Below the pieces are notes generated by a model. That model saw only the letters and a program-made list of their open reading frames with translations, was not told the origin of the DNA and did not search any database. 64,000 nucleotides of DNA from Bugula neritina (Eukaryota > Animalia > Bryozoa), in contig OZ037773.1 in the NCBI GenBank assembly GCA_964035545.1, positions 9,019,751 through 9,083,750 on the forward strand, in the 5' to 3' direction. Below are positions 1 to 14,000 of the stretch, in pieces; position 1 is the first letter of the stretch, and the number at the start of each line of letters is the position of its first letter. A program made the position numbers and the translations under genes.

Positions 1-101
1 TCTACGTTGCAGGCAGCAAGAACACAAAGTGGAATGTTTTGCCATTTCCTGCCACCTGGCCACTCAGCATCGCCATAACTAACAGTAGCAGCGGCAGCCA
101 T
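1..101 (-). CDS. Probable first coding exon of an unidentified gene continuing beyond the left edge (MAAAATVSYGDAEWPGGRKWQNIPLCVLAACNV...)
   Basis: Minus-strand ATG at 101 in aaacATGG context, preceded by an acceptor-like tttgtttag. The frame is open and relatively GC-rich to the window edge. No homology recognised. Confidence 0.35.
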   Translation of the reverse strand, partial: MAAAATVSYGDAEWPGGRKWQNIPLCVLAACNV

Positions 102-1176
102 GTTTGGAGCTAAACAAAATATAGCATGTATACATGCATTGTTTAATACTCCATATTTTAACCAAATATCTAAATATATTATTAAAGTATAACTACATAT
201 TAAAATGTTATACTGACATATTATGGAGCAGTTTGGGATAAGTAGACAAAGCTGGACATTATCCAAAATGATTGCTACTGATATTCAGTTTGATTCATCT
301 ATTCACTCATTGCTGCTATATATAGTTGCCTAAACATTGTATATATGTTAGGAGTAGCGCTTGACATATAGTTTTAATACTCAAGGATATGAACTGACAA
401 CTTGATTGATTTGACTGTCTGGAAAAATTAAATCTAGTACTAATATAGCTACTATGTCCCTATTCTTTGTATTATGCATGGGGACAGTGTCAATTGAATG
501 AAACCACAACCAAATCTATCCTTACTAGCATCCCCTAGGAATTCATTCAACTCAGTGTATGATAGGTTACAGCTACTGCTATAGAAAGACATCAGTTTAT
601 TTCAATTATAAACATGAGGTCTTTCCAATAGGTCTAAACTTATTGGAGCAGTAAAACTTGAAATTTATTAGTAACTACAACACTCTGCCCACCACATACG
701 CTTTGCCTTTCTACTTACAAACTTTTTTATTTCCTTATTTCTCCAAGTATATGCTTTACCACTTGACTATCCTGTTCATCAGCTTGACCTTTTCTCTCTT
801 AAATCTAAATTATTTATATTTTCGTGTGCCGGTACAAGTAGGGTTGCAAGTAGTAGATACTAACCGTGTAGGAAACGAAACTGCTCTTATCAACACCCTA
901 TTTAATCACAATACACGTCACAAATGTAAACAATACACTATAATACTACAGTCGACTGCATGTACGCTGTTTACCAGTGATAACAGAATGGGTTGTCAAA
1001 GGGTTGATAACTCATAATTCTATAAGCAGCTCTGAATATGATGATGTTGGGTTGTTATACTTTTGGTGATGCCCACTTAAGTCACTACTCATGCAGCAAC
1101 TTATTCTGATGGATATGTGGATGACTGCTGCATTGTGATAAACCACTACTAACAATATTAATTTAAGAACCACCTA

Positions 1177-1478
<302 letters not shown>

Positions 1479-1745
1479 ATTGTATCCTGTACATAGCCTA
1501 TAAAGTTATAGCTATGTAGGTATATAGAGGAGCATGAAACAGAGATAGCTTTTTATATGACACCTTGAAAATACTTTGAATGATTTTTTATTATAAATAA
1601 TCCATCAGAGCTTCAATATTTTTTTCAAATTTTGTTCATATATGCCTACTTATTATAGACAGTATTTACACTGAGTTTCACAACGTGTTTTCAATCAATC
1701 AATCAATCAATTATTCGATCAATCAATTGTACACTTAAAATAATT

Positions 1746-2828
1746 GTATAGCTTGTATAGTAACGCAGTTCTATAGTGATATTCTACCCTTGTATAGCTT
1801 GTATAGTAATACAGTTTTATAGTGATATTCTACCCTTGTATAGCTTGTATAGTAATACAGTTTTATAGTGATATTGTACTCTTGTATAGCTTGTATAGTA
1901 ATACAGTTTTATAGTGATATTGTACCCTTGTATAGCTTGTATAGTAATACAGTTTTATAGTGATATTGTACCCTTGTATAGCCTGTATAGTAATACAGTT
2001 CTATATAGTGATATTGTACCCTTGTATAGCCCGTATAGTAATACAGTTCTATAGTGATATTGTACCCTTGTATAGCCCGTATAGTAATACAGTTTTATAG
2101 TGATATTGTACCCTTTTATAGCTTGTATAGTAATACAGTTCTATAGTGATATTGTACCCTTGTATAGCCTGTATAGTAATACAGTTCTATATAGTGATAT
2201 TGTACCCTTGTATAGCTTGTATAGTAATACAGTTCAATAGTGATATTGTACCCTTGTATAGCTTGTATAGTAATACAGTTTTATAGTGATATTGTACCCT
2301 TGTATAGCTTGTAAAGTAATACAGTTCTATAGTGATATTGTACCCTTGTATAGCCTGTATAGTAATACAGTTCTATAGTGATATTGTACTCTTTTATAGC
2401 TTGTATAGTAATACAGTTCTATAGTGATATTGTACCCTTGTATAGCCCGTATAGTAATACAGTTCTATAGTGATATTGTACCCTTGTATAGCCTGTATAG
2501 TAATACAGTTCTATATAGTGATATTGTACCCTTGTATAGCTTGTATAGTAATACAGTTCAATAGTGATATTGTACCCTTGTATAGCTTGTATAGTAATAC
2601 AGTTTTATAGTGATATTGTACCCTTGTATAGCTTGTAAAGTAATACAGTTCTATAGTGATATTGTACCCTTGTATAGCCTGTATAGTAATACAGTTCTAT
2701 AGTGATATTGTACTCTTTTATAGCTTGTATAGTAATACAGTTCTATAGTGATATTGTACCCTTGTATAGCCCGTATAGTAATACAGTTCTATAGTGATAT
2801 TGTACCCTTTTATAGCTTGTATAGTAAT
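1746..2828. repeat. Minisatellite, ~46-bp unit (ttgtatagcttgtatagtaatacagttctatagtgatattgtaccc), >20 copies
   Basis: Head-to-tail near-identical units with no spacers. Confidence 0.95.
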
Positions 2829-3276
2829 TTTTACTAATGTATGGGGTCTCCTTATTGAGTTGGTCATATGCAGATGCCCTGTTACCAATGAGACTAAAAC
2901 AACTATGGTGAGAGTTGGCCAGAATCAACTAGAATCAGTGAGATGGTTTTTGTTTTGCAATTACTTTTAGTGTTGCATTTAATTTAATTAATTTGGCAAA
3001 TTAAGATGTTTCTTTTGAAAAAAAATACCATGTCTTTATATTATAAAAAGTAATTATTTCAAAATTGTATTCTTGTTTAGGGTAGAAGTGCAGATTCTGC
3101 ATGACTGACTCATTGTGAGGATAACTCCAAACTCTCTCTTTCACATCTCTAGCCTAGAAAGCTGTGGCTTGCTTCTGTGTCAATTAATAATAGCAAAGAG
3201 TTGTATGGCAAACTGGATAGCTACTGAATAGCTTCAACAAAGAGTAAAACTAGTATTAAATATCCATCAGACTGGA

Positions 3277-3760
3277 GATAGAGAGTTACGGTGTATAATA
3301 TAGATAGATGGAGAGTTAAGGTGTATAATATAGACAGATGGAGAGTTAAGGTGTATAATATAGATAGATGGAGAGTTAAGGTGTGTAATATAGATAGATG
3401 GAGAGTTAAGGTGTATAATATAGATAGATGGAGAGTTAGGGTGTAGAGTATAGATAGATGGAGAGTTAGGGTGTGTAATATAGATAGATGGAGAGTTAGG
3501 GTGTATACTATAGATAGGTAGAGAGTTAGGGTGTGTAATATAGACAGATATAGAGAGTTACGGTGTAGAATATAGATAGATAGAGAGTTAGGGTGTAGAG
3601 TATAGATAGATAGAGAGTTAAGGTGTATAATATAGATAGATGGAGAGTTAAGGTGTATAATATAGATAGATATAGAGAGTTAAGGTGTATAATATAGACA
3701 GATAGAGAGTTAGGGTGTATAATATAGATAGGTAGATAGAGGTAGGGTGTAGAATATAGG
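3277..3760. repeat. Minisatellite, 30-bp unit (tagatagatggagagttaaggtgtataata)
   Basis: 30-nt periodicity visible across lines. Confidence 0.95.
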
Positions 3761-4663
3761 CCTCCTATATACAGCTGGTGTGTTATACAAAGCATTCCAC
3801 TAAAATATACATTTACCGTCAAGAAAGAACCCTCAAAACCTTATCACAATGTTACACCTGCAGCAATGCATTTTACTTTGTGTCTTGCATAATAAGTTTT
3901 AAATAAGCATAAAACGCTTGATTTTTTAATTGAATAAACTGTTCTTATAACCAAATGTAGTTATTTGACTATATTATCCATTTAAAGATTATGTTTTGTA
4001 TAATAATAAAGCCTTTTAACAGAGTTTCAAATAGTTTCTTTGTTAGCATGAAGAATGAATTTTTTCTGGCTAACGACACGCTGTATAGAGTAAAACATGT
4101 TATGATTTGGTTAGTTAGTGCCATTGGAAGTATGTAAGGGAGAAAGACGTAACATATCTGTCAGAACCTGTAAGTATACCGGCCATAATAGGTAAGTATT
4201 ATTATATCTTATTGTCATATGTACTTACCTAAATGTTAAAATACATATCATACGACTTAAATAGTAATGTAAATCATATGATATGAGATGCCATGTACAT
4301 CATGTGACCAAAGCAGGGTTATGTCAGCTAGATGTAGTACCTACAAAGCGAACTGTTAGTCAATTTCTAGAAATGTTTACAGTGTTGAAATACATTTATA
4401 CAAGTGAATGACAGGCCCAAACCAAGCATTGGTCAAACTAAATAAAAATAACCTTATAAGATGCTATATAACACGCCTCTCTCTTTGTCTGCATATTTGT
4501 CTGTCTGTCTGTCTGTTTATACGTTATCAAGTTTTGTAAGCATGCATATCTGTGCATGAAATAAAAAAAATTGTTAATGCATGTCAAACTTCTTTATTCT
4601 ATTTTAGGTGTCACATTTATGCTATACCTCCACTATTTACACAAGTCAAAGTGAACCAACAGG

Positions 4664-5173
4664 ATGCCGGGTGCATTACCTACAGTTGTCACCAGACAAG
4701 GAAGAAGTATTCCCAAACCGAAGCTAAGCTTTGCAGCCCGAGTTTCCAACAACAGCCAGAAAAAAATCGAGACTCTGACCAGGTAGTCCTCCAGCGAACT
4801 AGAATAAAACTCAAAATAGAGGCTACAATAAATAACTACAAGACAGAATATATGAATAAGAATCATTTTTTGTAAGCTGTAGTGTTTCTAACCTTATAGT
4901 AATGTTATGCTCTACAAACAGACCACAATAGCAATGCAGGTAATAAATATTCGGTGTATAATAATGTATGCAGGATAGATGACGTGATGCTAAAGTCAAT
5001 GTACAGATTCTATGACCTTGAAAGGGTCATCTGTGAAAATGGATTTCAAAAAGACAGCCAAAATTTACATAAGCAGATCCACACATATCAGAAATCTCTG
5101 TTTGACTCAAAGAGTCTTAGAAAGGTGGTACTTATGATATTTTCATTTATATTTACTTTAATATATATATATA

Positions 5174-5240
<67 letters not shown>

Positions 5241-8200
5241 ATAACTTTACATATCATAATAATAACAAATTATTATTGTAATATATAACTTCACTATCTT
5301 AAGCTAAATACTGTTCCAAAATTCATTTTCCTGGTTTATAAATATAAATTTAAAGATGCCTCTTTTGACCTATAATTGCACCATCCAATCATAGCTTTCA
5401 AATTATTATCTTCTTAAGCTTTACTTTTATAATTTTCTAGACAATATTTTATTATAAAACTTGCAGAGAGGCGAAACTCAAACATTCATGACAGAACCTG
5501 GGGCATCCTTAGACCAAATACATACTCCTACACCTTTGAAATCAGCGGGAGAAAAGAAGATACGGCCCACATACGGCAAATATGTGAACTGTGAGCCTGA
5601 GGCCATAAGCTCTGTGCGCAGAAAGACTCAGAACCTACAGTCTAACCCAGTGAACAAGTCTTTGTCAGATCTGCACAGGCTCAGGGTATGTTTCAACACA
5701 GCATCACATGTTTTTACACATAAATAAGATTTAATATATTATTGCTACTAAAATCATAAACAAATTAACTTATTGTTTTGGAATACCGTCATCTTTCCAA
5801 TTATTAAAATAGGTTGTAAGCTTAAAACATTAGATATCTGTCTTATAATAATTTGCTAGCTTAAGCGCAAAGACAAATATGATATACTATTTATTACCTC
5901 CCCTTTATTGCATGGCTCCTAATACAGCTTTTCTCTCTATATTGACATACTGAGGTGGTAGTAGAAGGTGCTATATATGTAACTAGTGAGAGATGGTTTA
6001 TGTTATTCTCTAGGAGAAGCATGCATTGGAGTATAGAGAGTCGTTAGAAGAACTCCAAAAGTTACAGAGAAGAATGGAGCTGACACTCTCACTTCATGTG
6101 AGTTCCTTGGGCTTCGACTCAATTGAGGAGCAAAATTTTGTTTCACTAATAATTGCTTATTTCATATAACTAAAATATTCAGTTAAATTTTGAACAAACA
6201 AAGTTATGGCAATATCATATTGCGGAGGCATTGTTCAACATTATTACATAATCACATGAAATCTAACTTTTAAAAGTTTAATTTATGCTCTTTCGTAAAT
6301 AACTTTTTTAAACTTAAGAATTGACTTGTTTAGGACATAAAGTATAGAACCACAGGCTAATTGGTGAAGCATACATTATATTAAGCGCTTTACATTATGA
6401 TATGAGTATTATGAATAACTGTTGTGGATAGCTTATGATAATCATGTTGTAATAAAATGAGTTGGTGCTCTGAGTTCTAAGTATAAAAGAATTACAGGTA
6501 CCCAAAAGGAGTTACACCCCCTTTACAGAACCTTTGCTATACTCACCAATTATAGTCAGTCTACGGAATAAAATCAAACACTCGGAGAAAGAACTCATAA
6601 AGTTGCAAAAACGTCTTCAACAACAATCTAGAAAATATGAGAAACCACTTACTGCAGGTGGGTGTTTGACTAAGTTTACTAATGCATATGGCTATCACCA
6701 TGGCAACCTAATAACCATATATTATGTATTTGTGTCTTCACTGCTAGCATATACTCTGCATGTCTACATGAAATAAGTTGTGTATTCAAAACGTACGTGA
6801 GTTTAGGGAGGCTTTATTTTGTTTATATAAACTTGGACCCAAAGTATTTTTAGTTGAAATAATTTACGTACGTCAAAAATTGCATAAAATTTTCAAACCC
6901 AATTGTTTTTCTTTTAGTCCGATGTATAAACTTTTCTCTGTATACATCCAAGTCTGCTTCAGCTAGGCACAGATTTGGGCCTCTGATAAAATTCTTGTTG
7001 TATTCCTTAAGAACTAGGGCTGCTAGTTATAACGACCTCTGAATAGGGTATAGTGCTTTCATTAGCTCTGCTATTGTTTCTATTACTTGAGCTGTGAGCT
7101 TCAAACAAATTAAGATTTGCGTCAGCATTACAAAAGCCCAACTTCAGAGCAAGTCTTTTGTTAAATAAACTGGCAAACTATTATATAACAAAATAACATA
7201 TTTTACAATGACTACAATATTTGCTTGAATAATGCAAACATGCTGTGTAAAATGCAAATAGGAATGCATTATGTACGTGCATAGAGGGTTACTATGACTG
7301 TTGAAACACTGTAGAGTGATTCCTTCAAAATTGAAAGATAAACTTCATAGACTTTAATACAAGCTTTTATTTTATGAAATCATATTATTTAGCTTATCAT
7401 TTTTATCATTATCACACACACACACACCCACACACGCACGCATATATTGTAAACTAGAATATCATGCAAGATAGAGATCTTTTATGTAGAGTTAGTATAA
7501 TATATAGATATTTTTGGCAGTTTCTCAATTGCCAGAGTGTAGGCGCAAACTATGAAGTAAAGTTGGGGGGGGTCATCAACGTACCCACCTTTGTATGTAT
7601 ATGTTTAGCTGAAGGTGAGCAAGAAGATGACGAAGAACTGGAAAATGAAAAAACTAAAACAGTTCACATATTTTGTGAGAAGAAACTAGACGAGAGGGAG
7701 AAGACGATTCTCTCACCTCGTCCCAACACAACACACCTGCCGCAGGTAAGACTGGAGTTGTCTGTCCTAATGAGTTGATGTGTTTTCAGTGAGTTCTTAT
7801 TGTGTATTTATTTGTTTAGTCTCTGTCTCCATGGTAACAATTTAGTAAAGCTATGATATTTAACAATACTTATTTTGTTTCATAATAGAATTTATATCAA
7901 GTTTTTTTTATCTTTTTCATGTTGATTAAATTTTACACTTTATTATTTTTTATTGCACTTTGATATGCTTTAGTTTGTGATAGAGCTATTATGAAGCATT
8001 TAATAATATTCATACTAATGATCAAATAGGTACAATAAGTATTTTATAAAGCTATAAATTCATTATTATAGAGCTTAATCTCGTGATACTAAGTACTCTC
8101 CATTGAACCTGCCAATACTATGTTAAAAACCAAGAAATAGTGCTAACATTGCCTGCTTTATTCAGCTTACAGTATTTCCTGTCAGACTTGCATCCTTAAT

Positions 8201-9577
8201 TTTTGACAAAATAATCTACTTAGAGTTGTCTCTCCAACAGCTCGGCTCGCGGCGAAACTCCCGGGCAGTCAAACTGGATTTAGAAAAACTGAAATCTGAT
8301 CCAGCCTGCTCTCACTCCATGTTGAACCTGTTAGCTCAGAGCAGCAAGAATTCTTATATAGAGATCATTGATAACCCATTTGATACAGGTTAGTTTTGTG
8401 ATAGACATCTTTGTGACTTCATGCGTGTCCACAATGTTATAGTTGCATGGTTCTTCATATTGTCAAGGTATTCAAAAATTATCGATATGATATATTTTTA
8501 AAAATGGTTATAACAAACTATTTTATCAATTATATTAAATTATTACATTGATTTTTATAAAAATGCTCAATCTAATTATATAGTTTGGAAGCATAAAGCA
8601 AAGATTTATTTCCACTTGGTATAAGTATACTGTGTAGTCTGAGTTTATCACTGTGTTTACAGGAGTTATTCCCCCACAGACAAGGTCCCGTCTGCTGATA
8701 GAGGCTAAGAGAGACAATAAGATGTATCAGTGGTTGGGATTCAAAACGGCAGCACAGCTTGAGGCAGCACTTAAAGAAAATCCTCAAAGCATAAAGCAAA
8801 TTCCGGCAGCTCTACTCTCGATGGTAGAGGAAGAGGGTGACGGTAGGCTACCAACTTTTAGATATCAACTGAAGTTGAATATCAGATGACTATTGTGTAG
8901 TTGCCACTAAGATGTATTTGTTATACTGCCATTGAACTTAGCAATAGTACGAAATTCAGTAATTTAATGTTTTACAGCATTTTCAAACATTGGCAAGTAT
9001 TAATAAATTTAAAAAGATTAATTTTCATGACATTAGAAAGCAGGTTTAAAAAATGCATTTGAAGATATAAGATTATGTTTACAAAAATAGCTTGCTGTGA
9101 GGTAAGAGTTTCATGACCATGTTACGGGCGTAGTGAGAAACTCCCACATTTTTGAAGGGTGAATATAGTTGAGATATTATATTCTTGTGGCTAAGACGTC
9201 TACCCCCTCCCCCCCCTTAACGGAAAGGTTTTCAGTTAGACTTTATCAAGTCCAGATTCTAGAGTTTAGAACAATAAGCCATGAGCATAAAGCTAAAAGG
9301 ATATTATAACATTAGGTAGTTTTATTTACTTTGACAATAAAAATTGACAACTAAATTAATATGAGCCCGACATGATATTTATATGGAGTTATAGGCCCTT
9401 GGGTGTATTCTACTTGTTTGTGTGTGTTTTTCAGAAGAAACTAATTTAGACAATGAACAGTTCAGTGACTCGGAATCAGGGGGAGACGATGATGAAGACA
9501 TCAGATTTAAAATATTCGACAAAAGAAAGTTCAAAAAAGATAAACGACGAGTGAGCATTAAAACTGCTCAAATTTAA
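4664..9577 (+). CDS. Uncharacterised ~446-aa protein with coiled-coil segments and an acidic/basic C-terminus (9 coding exons)
   Basis: Exons 4664-4782, 4974-5124, 5467-5685, 6014-6097, 6498-6657, 7609-7745, 8241-8388, 8663-8842, 9435-9577. All are GT-AG with compatible phases and total 1341 nt, from MPGALPTVVTRQGRS... to ...KKDKRRVSIKTAQI*. Heptad-like stretches include LRNKIKHSEKELIKLQKRLQQQ. No domain recognised. Confidence 0.75.
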
Positions 9578-11004
9578 TATTATTTTATATTTTGTTACTC
9601 ATTTTATAATTCGACGTAATAATATAAATATACATAGAATATGTTTCCACAAATGACTGCAGGTGCTAGTATCTAGTAACAGCTTCTTGACTCAAAATAA
9701 TTACATTATGTTGTTATTTTATAAGATAATATTTTCATAGGGAGCAGCTAAAATGCACTAAATAGTTTATGGTAATAATTTTTTTAATTTGTCTGCCTCA
9801 ATATATATTATATGGTTAATAAGCTTTCAATAAATTATTATATATGCAAATTGTGCATCATATTGAAATAGAGGTTATAAAATAATTACAAATAGTCTGT
9901 AAAACGAATATCATATAATAATATATGTTTGCAGATATTATAATATCTAAACTATATAGGTTTATTAATATGCTTGCCTCAAATTTGTTCACTGGCTGAC
10001 TTTTTTGGACTAAATTACAGTACTAATATAATATGGCATATTCTGCCTGGTTTTTAAATTCTGAATAATAAAGTTGGTAATTATAGATAGTATGAAATAG
10101 TTTATAGTGTACGCAATAGTGTATTGAAGACATGTTTTCACTTTACAGTTACTTATTATAATTGCTTTTGAGTCTTCCACTTTTCAATATATTTCACCAT
10201 TTTTAACATTCAACAGTCTCTTAAGAAGTTTATCTAATTATATATTCAGAAATACTTTTTCAACTAAATATAATTTTGTATTAAATTGATTTCCATTGCT
10301 TTCATGACCTGCTTATGTGTTAAATGTAGTTGTGGTTGACATTGTATCAACTTTTTGGAATGACAATATCTAATGCCTGCTAAGTCCTAGCAATATTTTA
10401 TGTTAATTATGAGTTAAAATGCTAATAAAATTGTACTTTGCTCGAAAACGAAAATTGTATTTGTAAATATTGATTTGCAAAACATTTTCAAAGAAATAAT
10501 TTATTTATTAATACAATGTCATATATTATGTATCTGAGAGATAAACGTTCTTCACATATTTCCATTTTCTGAAGATGACTTATTTATAGTTCATAGGAGC
10601 CCATGGTTAGCTTTATAGCTTATTGCTTAAATTATCTTCATTGTCTTATTTTGTTATTTATTCGTTGCTTCTTGCAATGCTATGTGCCAAGGGCAAACAA
10701 CTCTATGCCGAAAGCCAGAGTCGAAGACTGAATGCCGTGAGCTCTTCTGCCAGTAAGAATTACGGTTCATCATTGGTACATTAAATTCAGGACAGATCAG
10801 TTCGTATCACCAAGGTTTAATACTGCTTCGCCACATCTGACAACTCAAATAAATTTATTAACCAAAGAGCTAAAAATTTGGAGTGATTTTTCCTTTAGGG
10901 TGAGCTTATGCTCAAATTCACTCCTGGCAAATTAAGTTTGAATTTGAGTGAGTTTATTTCACTGATCTATCTTTTATCGTTATTGTTTTTTTCTTAAATA
11001 AAGA

Positions 11005-14000
11005 ATGAATGTTCGTCAAAGGCAAACAAGTAAGTAAACAACAAATTACAAATGTCAAATACAATTTCAATTTGAATTACAAAATGAAAATTAAGTTTGA
11101 CAAATAGCAATACTCATTTCAAATAATAATGCAATAATATTAAATTTAATATTGATAATAATTATTAATATTAACAATAACATAGAGTCAAAAAATTGCA
11201 GTAATGCTAGTTTTACTACTAGCAAATGCAATTAAATTAGATTATAGATATAATGATAATCATCAATGATACTTGATTATAATATTAATAATTTAAATAG
11301 TATATTTTAATTTAGTTTAAGTTAATCATAATGATAATTATTGTGATTGTCAAGAATTATTATTATAGTTCTTTTTAGAGTGTGTGTCTACAACTGCTAC
11401 TATTGCAAAATAAAACGTAGATGCTAACTTTTAGTTTATATAACTAGTAAATGTAATGTGGTCGGTCTGATTCATAATCAGTGAATGTGATCATATAAAA
11501 AATAGACACCTTGTGCCCACAGTTTCATTTTCTTTGGTAATCATGTTGTTACACCTGATTAATATTGCAGAAATTATGACATCATTGCTCATGTCATCAA
11601 CACTAAACTTCCTATATTTATATTCTAATATAATACAAAAAATACACTTTATTACTAACTACTAAGTTTAATAAATTTACTTCAATTAGATTGTATGTAG
11701 TTAACATGAAATTCTTTGTAGTTAAAACTACATAGTGATTGTTTCTGTTAACAAGTTTATTTACTAAAAATAATGTGCTAATATCGTTACAACCTATAAT
11801 ATAATCAATAGTAGCATTATACATCTTATTGCTTATTCGCTCAGACATCGACACCTTGTGACATCTTTGCAGGTGCCCTCAGGCGTATGCTGAACTTCAA
11901 CCAGCCTAGTGCTAAGCTGGGTGGTCAGTCTGGCGAGCCTCAGTGGAAGGTGCTAGTGTATGACCGGTGCGGGCAGGATATCATATCCCCCCTCCTCAGT
12001 GTCAGAGAGTTGAGAGATGCAGGAGTTACTCTCCACCAGTATGTAGAGTTCCTCTGTCTCATTACTCTCTTTACTTATAAACAGTCACACAGTCACAGAG
12101 TATTACAATTTCTCTCTGTTTAGGGTTCAGCTAAGGCAAAATAAGTTAGTCTAAGCTTAATCTCTTTATGGATACTAAATTTTTCTATATTCACTGTGTT
12201 TACGGCTACGATCCTTTTGTGACATCATCAATGCCCCTCGTTGTAGCCTAGGTAGCGAGTCATTCAGTCATCTACCTGACTAGACTTAAGTTTTGCTGCC
12301 TTTTTGAATTTTGCCGTATGTAGATTGTATAACTAAATTGTATGACAATTACTTACTGCAGGTTATTACATTCAGACCGAGAATGCATACCAGATGTACC
12401 TGCGATATACTTTGTATTACCTACAGAAGATAATATTAAGAGAATTGCAAAGGTTCGTAGTTAATTGAAGAATAATTCTGAATTAAGGTTTCCCTATATT
12501 TCTTTTGGTTGTTGTATAGACACTAGAGCAGTTTAGTTTTATTTAGTGTGCTCTAATCTATGGATGTTCTAGAAAAGTTGTGTAAGCTCTTCTATTAGTG
12601 CTGAGTCTTCAAACAGTAAAAGTTTGTAGGATTATTTCTTATAAGGGTAAGTACTGTTAGTATAGAAGAGTGTAGAAGTGTTTGAAATGATGCAATAAGC
12701 AGTCACTAGAGTTGTACAACAACACTTCCAAATTAATCTGTTTAGGGCACAGAAGTTTTAAGGTAGTGTTTTGTGTTTTGCTGTCTTGAACTAATAATTT
12801 CTCATCATTTTTTTATTTTTCTATGATTTTAGGATTTGGGTGACCATCTGTATGAGTCATACTATTTCAACTTCATCACGGCCGTCAGCAGGTCTCTTCT
12901 TGAGGATTTGGCTCAGGCAGCGATTACATCACAGGCTGTCACTCAGATACACAAGGTGAGTGAGTCTCAGTGAGTGAGTGAGTGAGTGAGTGAGTTAGTG
13001 AGTGAGTGAGTGAGTGAGTGTCAGTGAGTGAGTCTGAGTGAGTGAGTGAGTGAGTGAGTAAGTGAGTGAGTGAGTGAGTTACAGGCTATGGTTATGGTAT
13101 GTTGCAGGTTGTTGACCAATATCTCCATTTCATCAGTCTAGAGGAGGACATGTTTACTCTACGACCACAAAATGCTGACGCTGCCAGTTATTATGGTGAG
13201 TTGTCTGTCCAATCGTGTTCTATCACACTATTGCTCATAGACTTGTCTGTCTAGGCAGTGTATTCACTGTGTACTCAAGAGCTGAGGAGCTCATAGACTT
13301 GTCTGTCTAGGCAGTGTATCCACTACTACTAAGTCTGTTGTTTCCTGTTTCAGAAATAAACAGAGCCGATGTCAAGGACACGGAGATGGAGCAGACTATT
13401 AGTATTATCGTGGAGGGACTCTTCTCTTACTTTGTCACTCTAGGTGAGTGCTTCAAGTAGTACTCTGTTTCTTCAAGTAGTACTCTGTTGCTTCAAGTAG
13501 TAGTCTGTTTTTTCAAGTAGTTCTTAGCTGCTTCTCTAGGTGAGTACTTTGTTACTCTAGTGATGGGAGTTTTAAAATACTTTTATGTTATGTTAATTAC
13601 CTCACTCTACCTCAACTGGTATGATTGTATATTAAATCATGTGTACTGTATAATCAATAATGGATATTGCATATTGGATAATAAATGCAGTATAACAGAT
13701 TATATGTGTTGTATATTAGGTAATGTGTATTGTATAGCGTATACCTTATAACGGATAATGAATATTGACTAACTGATAATATAGGCTCTGTTCCAATAAT
13801 TCGCTGTCCCAGAGGAAATGCTGCCGAAATGGTGGCTGAAAGACTCGACAAGAAGCTAAGAGAAAATGTGCGAGATCCAAGAAACTCGTTGTTCAAGTAA
13901 GGCAACTCTCAAACTCGATGCCTGCAACTCCTGACATTAGCACCATTTTGTTTGCTGACTCCTGGTATTAATGGCAATTTTGTGCTGTCCATTTGTTCTA

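Noticed and set aside
4552-4875. ORF-track frame for the first exon of the orphan gene
   Set aside because: The alternative frame from ATG 4664 gives the phase-2 junction required by the next exon; the listed frame does not.
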